Part shown: positions 1 to 4,619 of the stretch, piece after piece
How positions within the stretch are numbered: position 1 is the stretch's first letter
Layout of the letters: each line of letters starts with the position of its first letter
IMG/VR virus record: IMGVR_UViG_2531839180_000002
Span: 1 to 8,797 of that record
DNA: 8,797 bases
Direction: 5' to 3' (one strand)
DNA from: a virus
Taxonomy: Duplodnaviria > Heunggongvirae > Uroviricota > Caudoviricetes
The notes under the pieces: model-generated
The model's database searches: none
Told to the model about the DNA's origin: nothing
What the model saw: the letters and a program-made list of their open reading frames with translations, nothing else
Position numbers and translations under genes: made by a program

Positions 1-990
1 TTATGTGGATGAAATGTGGATGCCTCCTTTTAACGGATTAAGTGAAATTGCATCCTGGAGGAAATCAGGAGCGAGGTGCGCATAGGTCATAGTTTGCTGG
101 ATCGTGGCGTGCCCCATAATTCGCTGGAGCGTAAGTATATTTCCTCCATTAATCATAAAGTGAGCAGCAAAGGTATGGCGTAGAACATGTACAGCCTGTC
201 CTTTTGGTAGGTCTGGCTTAACACTGCGAAGCACCTTGCGATATTCCTCATAATTGACGTCAAACAAAAGGCCGGATTTCTTTGTTTTGATCTCACTAAC
301 AACTTCATCAGAGACAGGAATAATTCGAACTTTTCCGTTTTTAGTTTTGTTAAACGTCACGCGATTATTGATGATGTGTTCCGCGCGCAGATTTTTCGCT
401 TCTCCCCATCTCGCCCCAGTACTGAGACAAAGTAGCGTAATCCGCCGGGCATCACCGCTTACTGCATCCAGTAATTTGGCGATTTCTTCCGTGGTGAGAT
501 ACGTCATTTCGGGTGATTTTCGTTTCAAAGAGGGGAGGGCGCGGAGCGGATTTTCTCCGTGAAATTCCCCGGCATTTGCCAGGAGTGTAAACATTCCTCC
601 GAGATCCGACTCATCACGCCGAACAGTAGACTCTTTTACTCCCAAGGATAAACGGGAGCTTCGATAAGCGGCCATGAAACGAGCATTAATCTGGCTAACC
701 CTTGGATCATTCATTTCTTTGATGATTTTTTTCAACCTGGTTAGAACGCCGTTAGCATATGGCTTATTGCGTCCACCCAATTCCCACCATAACGGAAGCA
801 GATCTGAGAGATGACGTTGCTCTGTTGGCTTTTCAAGCCATTCCTTATCGTGCATGTGGCTGAGAACATAACGCTCAAAGGCCACTGCATCTGCCTTTTT
901 CTTAAAAATCCGCTGAATCCGACGTCCACTTCGGCCACGCGGTCTAACATCCACTTTATACCGTCCACCATCGAGCGCTTTAATTGCCAT
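1..990 (-). CDS. int: Phage tyrosine integrase (P2 Int-like site-specific recombinase), 329 aa
   Basis: Minus-strand ORF ending in TAA at 1-3. N-terminus MAIKALDGGRYKVDVRP resembles P2-family Int. Tyrosine recombinase boxes are visible: TGARWGE, HVLRHTFAAH and the catalytic Tyr in MTYAHL. Start chosen at ATG 988-990 because GGAGGG (complement of 998-1003) lies 7 nt upstream; the track ORF begins 11 codons further up at 1023. Confidence 0.92.
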   Translation of the reverse strand: MAIKALDGGRYKVDVRPRGRSGRRIQRIFKKKADAVAFERYVLSHMHDKEWLEKPTEQRHLSDLLPLWWELGGRNKPYANGVLTRLKKIIKEMNDPRVSQINARFMAAYRSSRLSLGVKESTVRRDESDLGGMFTLLANAGEFHGENPLRALPSLKRKSPEMTYLTTEEIAKLLDAVSGDARRITLLCLSTGARWGEAKNLRAEHIINNRVTFNKTKNGKVRIIPVSDEVVSEIKTKKSGLLFDVNYEEYRKVLRSVKPDLPKGQAVHVLRHTFAAHFMINGGNILTLQRIMGHATIQQTMTYAHLAPDFLQDAISLNPLKGGIHISST

Positions 991-1056
991 TGGCAAGCCC
1001 TCCGGTGAAACGAGGAAAGACATTTCCAGTTTGTAAAACGTAAGAATAATAAAGGG

Positions 1057-1359
1057 TTAGCCAATTTTCCTTTCGGATGGGGGTAAGTCCGTTGGCTCTT
1101 GCCCATAGTGTGCGAGAGCCGGAGCTATCTGCCCGGATTCAGGCGCAATTTTCCCAGTCATAAACCACAACGCATATTTCTCAAATCTGGGGTTGTTTAG
1201 TATTTGCTCAATTACTTCAGCATTAGGGATAGTTTTACCGCTTTCATATCTCCACAGAGCATCACGGTTTAAACCAAGCATTTTTGCTGTATCCGGGAGG
1301 CTAGTAAGTCTCTCGCTTTCACGCATGATTTTTATGCGCTCTCCAATAGTCATACGCAT
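1057..1359 (-). CDS. C: Immunity repressor, P2 C-like, about 100 aa
   Basis: Minus-strand ORF immediately upstream of int, same orientation as in P2 (C then int). C-terminal segment WFMTGKIAPESGQIAPALAHYGQ closely matches the P2 C repressor as I recall it. Start chosen at ATG (complement of 1357-1359) with GGAG 8 nt upstream; the track ORF starts at a non-ATG codon at 1374. Confidence 0.8.
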   Translation of the reverse strand: MRMTIGERIKIMRESERLTSLPDTAKMLGLNRDALWRYESGKTIPNAEVIEQILNNPRFEKYALWFMTGKIAPESGQIAPALAHYGQEPTDLPPSERKIG

Positions 1360-1454
1360 GTTGCAATTCTCCAACGTCTGTATTAATGTTTATACAAATG
1401 AGTTTGATTTGGGGCATCCGTCGCAAGAAATACCCCAAACAGGGAGATTATCAC
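1360..1454. promoter_or_regulatory. Divergent switch region between repressor and early operon (expected face-to-face promoters and operators by analogy with P2 Pe/Pc)
   Basis: 95-bp AT-rich interval between divergently oriented C and cox-like genes. Contains TATTAAT (1381-1387) and TTGATT (1404-1409) hexamer-like elements and AGGGAG (1441-1446) before the cox-like start. Exact promoter and operator positions cannot be fixed from sequence alone. Confidence 0.4.
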
Positions 1455-1781
1455 ATGAATGAAGAACTATTGAGGGCATTGTTTAAGATCCCAGACCCCA
1501 TCACCGTCGATGAGTTTTCCCGCCGCACAGGTAAGACCGAATCAGCCGTAAGAAAGTTGGTAGAGCGTCGACTCATCCCTCTAACTACTGAGCGCGAGGT
1601 TTTAGGCGAGGAAGGGAGTTCGCGCCGTCTTCTCATCCTTTGGAATGAGTGGCTCGAAATGGTCTATGACGCAACGAAACAGCTTCCTCCTGAGCGTAAA
1701 GATTGGCGCAATCACTGGCTTAAGAAAGCCAAGAAGCTGGCGGAAGATTTGGGATTAGGCTTTCTTAATTTTGCTGCATGA
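1455..1781 (+). CDS. cox: Cox/excisionase-like small DNA-binding protein, first gene of early operon, 108 aa
   Basis: ATG at 1455 preceded by AGGGAG (1441-1446). Position is equivalent to P2 cox / 186 apl. The segment ITVDEFSRRTGKTESAVRKLVERRLIP looks like a helix-turn-helix of excisionase type. Assignment rests on position and fold-like features, not strong sequence identity. Confidence 0.6.
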   Translation: MNEELLRALFKIPDPITVDEFSRRTGKTESAVRKLVERRLIPLTTEREVLGEEGSSRRLLILWNEWLEMVYDATKQLPPERKDWRNHWLKKAKKLAEDLGLGFLNFAA

Positions 1782-1799
1782 GAGGCAGGGAGTTTTGAT

Positions 1800-2141
1800 A
1801 TGAAACAGCAACGTAATTCACGCTTTCGTAATGGTGCTGAACGCCACGCTAACCGTTTCGCTACCAGTGCATCACGCAGCAACATCCGCTACAGCCTAAG
1901 TGATACACACGCAACGCCGGATGGCTACCCAGTAAAACAAATCGGCGAGCATGCCTGGCTGATTGAGAAAGCTGGAATCGTGGTCCACAAATGCCCACGC
2001 AATCCGTTTACTGGAAACCGCATTTTTGCTCTAAGCAGCGGCGACAATCAGTTTGGGCAGGATTTCACATTATACGAAGCGCTTCGCACGGTTGATCGTC
2101 TGCTGCGTGGGCAGAGTTTTATTAAACAGGCTGATTTATAA
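1800..2141 (+). CDS. Hypothetical early protein, 113 aa
   Basis: ATG at 1800 with GGGAG (1788-1792) 7 nt upstream, 18 nt after the cox-like stop. No motif I can assign. Confidence 0.6.
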   Translation: MKQQRNSRFRNGAERHANRFATSASRSNIRYSLSDTHATPDGYPVKQIGEHAWLIEKAGIVVHKCPRNPFTGNRIFALSSGDNQFGQDFTLYEALRTVDRLLRGQSFIKQADL

Positions 2142-2151
2142 CAGGTGCTTT

Positions 2152-2430
2152 ATGACTAAAGACCATACTCAAGGTGTATTTATCCGCTTTATTGATTCTC
2201 GCGGTGAACTGTTATTGCGTGCATCAGCTATTAATGGTGTGGCCCAGGCAAAAGACGCAACCACTCATATTTATTTGGACAGCGCCGCACAACTGATCGT
2301 GGAACTTCCGTACCAGACCGTACGAGAAATCATTAGTGAAGCTGAAAAGGCACGCCAGGCTAATGGCGATGAACCCTATATCGAAATTATTTGTATGGAT
2401 TCAGAAACTGAAATTCAGAAAGCAGATTAA
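2152..2430 (+). CDS. Hypothetical early protein, 92 aa
   Basis: ATG at 2152, 10 nt after the upstream stop. The track ORF extends upstream to 2053 but that part overlaps the preceding gene. Function unknown. Confidence 0.55.
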   Translation: MTKDHTQGVFIRFIDSRGELLLRASAINGVAQAKDATTHIYLDSAAQLIVELPYQTVREIISEAEKARQANGDEPYIEIICMDSETEIQKAD

Positions 2431-2441
2431 AGGGCGTTGCG

Positions 2442-2684
2442 ATGGGTAAAGAATATAAAACTCTCATTAACAAAGCACTTGAGCGTTTTTATTTTCGCTT
2501 AAGTGCATCAGGCGCTCATGCTGAACGTGCAGCCCGTGACTCATTGACCAGGGCAATCCGGAGTCTGTATGACGTGGCTTTTTACGCTGATGATCTGGAT
2601 GCACTTAACGAACTTTCCGAGCTGATCTGTGCCGCAGAATGCGGGGAACATATTGAACCGTATAAGCTGGGGAATATTGCATGA
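2442..2684 (+). CDS. Hypothetical early protein, 80 aa
   Basis: ATG at 2442 with AAGGG 7 nt upstream. Contains a C-x-x-E-C-G-E-H segment. Function unknown. Confidence 0.55.
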   Translation: MGKEYKTLINKALERFYFRLSASGAHAERAARDSLTRAIRSLYDVAFYADDLDALNELSELICAAECGEHIEPYKLGNIA

Positions 2685-2794
2685 GTATATTTATCTCATG
2701 GCTTGTTCTGATTATTTCGGTGGCCTGCGCCATTGGGATTATGCGAATTATTCATTCAGTAAAAAAGATTGAACGCTTTTTCACTGGCGAATAA
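2681..2794 (+). CDS. Putative small membrane peptide, 37 aa (MSIFISWLVLIISVACAIGIMRIIHSVKKIERFFTGE)
   Basis: Not in the supplied ORF track (too short). ATG 2681-2683 overlaps the upstream TGA (ATGA junction), the same coupling pattern as at 3081 and 3323. GGGGA lies 7 nt upstream. One predicted hydrophobic helix followed by a basic tail. Hand-translated, so lower confidence. Confidence 0.35.
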   Translation: MSIFISWLVLIISVACAIGIMRIIHSVKKIERFFTGE

Positions 2795-2880
2795 CAGAGC
2801 AAATAAAACCACAGGTTAAATAAGAAAATGTAAAAACAATCCGCATTCGCGGAGGTATTCGCACACGCCAAGGAGGCGTA

Positions 2881-3084
2881 ATGGCAATTAAGCATTTTCC
2901 TGTCGTTCGTTTTACCTCCAGAGGACGTGAATACGAAGTCGACGAACGCCTGATTACCACAATCGACAAACACCGTTCAGAAAAGGATGCACATCACATC
3001 TATCTCACTGACGGCACTTACTTCTGCGCCACGAATGTGGTGCGGGTGAACCTTATCCGACAGGTACAGGAGTCACGCAGATGA
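2881..3084 (+). CDS. Hypothetical early protein, 67 aa
   Basis: ATG at 2881 preceded by a strong AGGAGG (2871-2876). First gene after an 86-bp A-rich gap. Confidence 0.65.
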   Translation: MAIKHFPVVRFTSRGREYEVDERLITTIDKHRSEKDAHHIYLTDGTYFCATNVVRVNLIRQVQESRR

Positions 3085-3326
3085 CCATTCTGGACTATAT
3101 CGCCGCCAATCCGGGGTGTAGCGGTGGAGAAATCGCCGCAGCACTGAATACCCCAACCACAGCCATTAATGCGGAGTTACGCCGACTCTGGCGCAGCGGT
3201 TCAGTCATAAGAAAAGAACGCAAAACAGGCGGTCGCTTTTCTTACCAGATAAACCCGATGCCGTTCGGGTGCGGCAATCCACTTACCAACATGTTTAACC
3301 AGCTACTGAAGGAAGCCAGAGCATGA
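3081..3326 (+). CDS. Small winged-helix-type putative DNA-binding protein, 81 aa
   Basis: ATGA overlap with the upstream gene; AGGAG at 3068-3072. N-terminal segment DYIAANPGCSGGEIAAALNTPTTAINAELRRLWRSGSV has the pattern of a winged helix-turn-helix. Inference from motif appearance only. Confidence 0.6.
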   Translation: MTILDYIAANPGCSGGEIAAALNTPTTAINAELRRLWRSGSVIRKERKTGGRFSYQINPMPFGCGNPLTNMFNQLLKEARA

Positions 3327-3622
3327 GCGCCATCAACCACCAGGAATTACGCGAACTGGCGATTGACCTGCAACGAATGGCAACGCATCAAAAATTACTG
3401 GCGTTTCGCGCAATGCTCTCGCCGTCTGCCGTGCTGGCACTGCTGGATGAGCTGGAGCACGCCAGAACCATGTCTCCAGCCATTCGCCTGACGCTCCGTC
3501 ATGAAATCGAGGATTTCTGCGCGACGTTGGAGGCACCAGGCGAACCGGAAACGCCGGAAGCAATACAGAAAGAGCTGCTGCAACGCATTGACAAGGTTTT
3601 TGATTTTTTTCTGAACCACTAA
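3323..3622 (+). CDS. Hypothetical early protein, 99 aa, acidic, predicted helical
   Basis: ATGA overlap with the upstream gene. Last of three translationally coupled ORFs (2881-3622). Confidence 0.6.
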   Translation: MSAINHQELRELAIDLQRMATHQKLLAFRAMLSPSAVLALLDELEHARTMSPAIRLTLRHEIEDFCATLEAPGEPETPEAIQKELLQRIDKVFDFFLNH

Positions 3623-3691
3623 GAAACCAGAACATGCACACACAAAAAAACCGCTTGCCATGCCGCAATCAGTCAGGTTACATTTCCGCTG

Positions 3692-3739
3692 CACCTCACA
3701 AAACGGGTGCCGGGTTTCGCAGCCTGCTGACTACACAAG
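3692..3739. repeat. Direct repeat copy 1 (CACCTCACA ... GTTTCGCAGC ... CTACACAAG)
   Basis: Shares the exact 10-mer GTTTCGCAGC (3714-3723 vs 3890-3899), the exact 9-mer CTACACAAG (3731-3739 vs 3926-3934) and a CACC(T)CACA block with copy 2, in the same order but with indels. Confidence 0.5.
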
Positions 3740-3744
3740 CGCAC

Positions 3745-3765
3745 AACCGCGCCAGCGGTTTTTTT
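3745..3765 (+). terminator. Candidate intrinsic terminator (AACCGC-GCCA-GCGGTT stem-loop followed by a T7 run)
   Basis: CCGC (3747-3750) pairs with GCGG (3755-3758) around a GCCA loop, extendable by two A-T pairs, then TTTTTTT (3759-3765). The stem is short, so this may be a partial or leaky terminator. An alternative fold pairs CGCACAA (3740-3746) with TTGTGCG (3764-3770). Confidence 0.35.
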
Positions 3766-3805
3766 GTGCGTACTGTATTGCCACGTTTTTTTCGCGTCAG
3801 AATTA

Positions 3806-3883
3806 TGGCGGGGCGTACGGGGCCGACTTCGGTCGGGCCGGGTTCTTGTGTAGCCGGTACTGCGAACCTCGTACGTCTCGCCA
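3806..3883 (+). ncRNA. Candidate structured RNA element, about 78 nt: 14-bp closing helix enclosing a cUUCGg tetraloop hairpin
   Basis: 3806-3819 (TGGCGGGGCGTACG) pairs antiparallel with 3870-3883 (CGTACGTCTCGCCA) as 12 Watson-Crick plus 2 G-U pairs, valid only on the plus-strand RNA. Inside, CCGAC-TTCG-GTCGG (3823-3836) is a C(UUCG)G tetraloop hairpin, and CCGG (3838-3841) can pair with CCGG (3854-3857). No RBS-supported ORF is present. Does not fit tRNA geometry. Confidence 0.3.
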
Positions 3884-3934
3884 CCCACAGTTTCGCAGCT
3901 CTGGATGGTGAGTTTTCACAACTTACTACACAAG
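3883..3934. repeat. Direct repeat copy 2 (CACCCACA GTTTCGCAGC ... CTACACAAG)
   Basis: See copy 1. The two copies bracket the terminator-like hairpin and the structured element, about 145 bp between them. Confidence 0.5.
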
Positions 3935-3944
3935 GGGCCACACC

Positions 3945-4175
3945 ATGGCAAACCGCAAACCACACCGCGCTATCGCGGAGCGTCGTCACATCCAGACTGA
4001 AATCAACCGCAGACTTTCCCGCGCATTCCGCGTCGCTAAAATCATGCACATCAATATGCTGCATGAGCGTAGCTGCGAACTTTCAAACCTCTACTCATCC
4101 GCTGTTTTCAGTTATCTGGCGGATGATCTGCGCGAGCTTCAGCAGCTCATCCAGCAGCAAAACAAACTCCATTAA
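3945..4175 (+). CDS. Hypothetical basic protein, 76 aa
   Basis: ATG at 3945 with AAGGGG (3932-3937) 7 nt upstream. Arg/Lys-rich N-terminal half, helical C-terminus. Function unknown. Confidence 0.6.
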   Translation: MANRKPHRAIAERRHIQTEINRRLSRAFRVAKIMHINMLHERSCELSNLYSSAVFSYLADDLRELQQLIQQQNKLH

Positions 4176-4247
4176 TTCCTGTTCCGGGCCTTTCCTGCAC
4201 CTTGCGGCGGGAGGCCTTCGCACATCTGTAACAAGAGGATTGCCGCA

Positions 4248-4613
4248 ATGATTCTCGCCAACGACTTTCTTGAATACCTGCTCAACACAGAACGTGATCT
4301 TGCCGCTCGCGTGCGTGATCGTTATGACATGTACCTGAAATCCCTGCCTGTACCGCAGCTCGCTGACGGAAAAATTGTTATTGATGGTCGCTACGTGATC
4401 GACAGCCATGAGGGAAATTACAGGCTTTACCGCATTGAAGGTGGCACCCCGTCCGTTATTGGCATTTACCAGCGCCCATCCTCTGCAATCGTCGATGTGA
4501 TTGCCGACAGCATCCGCATCACACATCGCCATGCCGACACAGAAAACACCGTGCTGGAAATTCAGCGGCTGGCTACAGTCTGCCGCGACACCCTGAATGG
4601 CATGACGAAGTAA
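4248..4613 (+). CDS. Hypothetical protein, 121 aa
   Basis: ATG at 4248 with AAGAGG (4233-4238). Ends 6 nt before the start of the replication gene. Function unknown. Confidence 0.6.
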   Translation: MILANDFLEYLLNTERDLAARVRDRYDMYLKSLPVPQLADGKIVIDGRYVIDSHEGNYRLYRIEGGTPSVIGIYQRPSSAIVDVIADSIRITHRHADTENTVLEIQRLATVCRDTLNGMTK

Positions 4614-4619
4614 ATCACT

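Noticed and set aside
254-1008. Plus-strand ORFs 254-562 and 811-1008, and minus-strand ORF 741-1106
   Set aside because: Antisense to or out of frame with the well-supported integrase gene; no RBS; low-complexity translations.
991-1023. Eleven-codon N-terminal extension of integrase (start at 1023, MSFLVSPEGLP...)
   Set aside because: The ATG at 988-990 has a GGAGGG Shine-Dalgarno at correct spacing and gives the MAIK... N-terminus typical of P2-family integrases. The upstream ATG lacks an RBS.
1386-1454. Longer Cox-like ORF starting at 1386
   Set aside because: That upstream start lies inside the divergent promoter region and has no RBS. ATG 1455 has AGGGAG at ideal spacing.
3806-3887. 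Possible tRNA or tRNA-like gene (78-nt helix-enclosed element ending near CCA-like bases)
   Set aside because: Tested against cloverleaf geometry: no T-arm with GTTCRA loop at the right distance from the 3' strand, no D-arm or anticodon arm of standard size, and the closing helix is 14 bp rather than 7.
3660-3911. 83-aa ORF with an Ogr-like cysteine spacing (C-x2-C-x24-C-x3-C) inside the structured gap
   Set aside because: No Shine-Dalgarno sequence before the ATG. It reads through the terminator-like T7 run and the strand-specific helix, and all three plus-strand frames are open here, which suggests composition-driven openness. A small zinc-ribbon protein cannot be fully excluded without translation data.
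3634-4251. 205-aa plus-strand ORF spanning the non-coding gap and the 76-aa gene
   Set aside because: No RBS, Ser/Thr/Ala-rich low-complexity translation, and it overlaps in another frame the better-supported RBS-preceded ORF at 3945-4175.
3623-4613. Retron (msr/msd non-coding RNA with flanking repeats); retrons are known in P2-like prophages
   Set aside because: No reverse transcriptase gene follows. The downstream ORFs are 76 and 121 aa, and the large protein has HUH motifs, not RT motifs.
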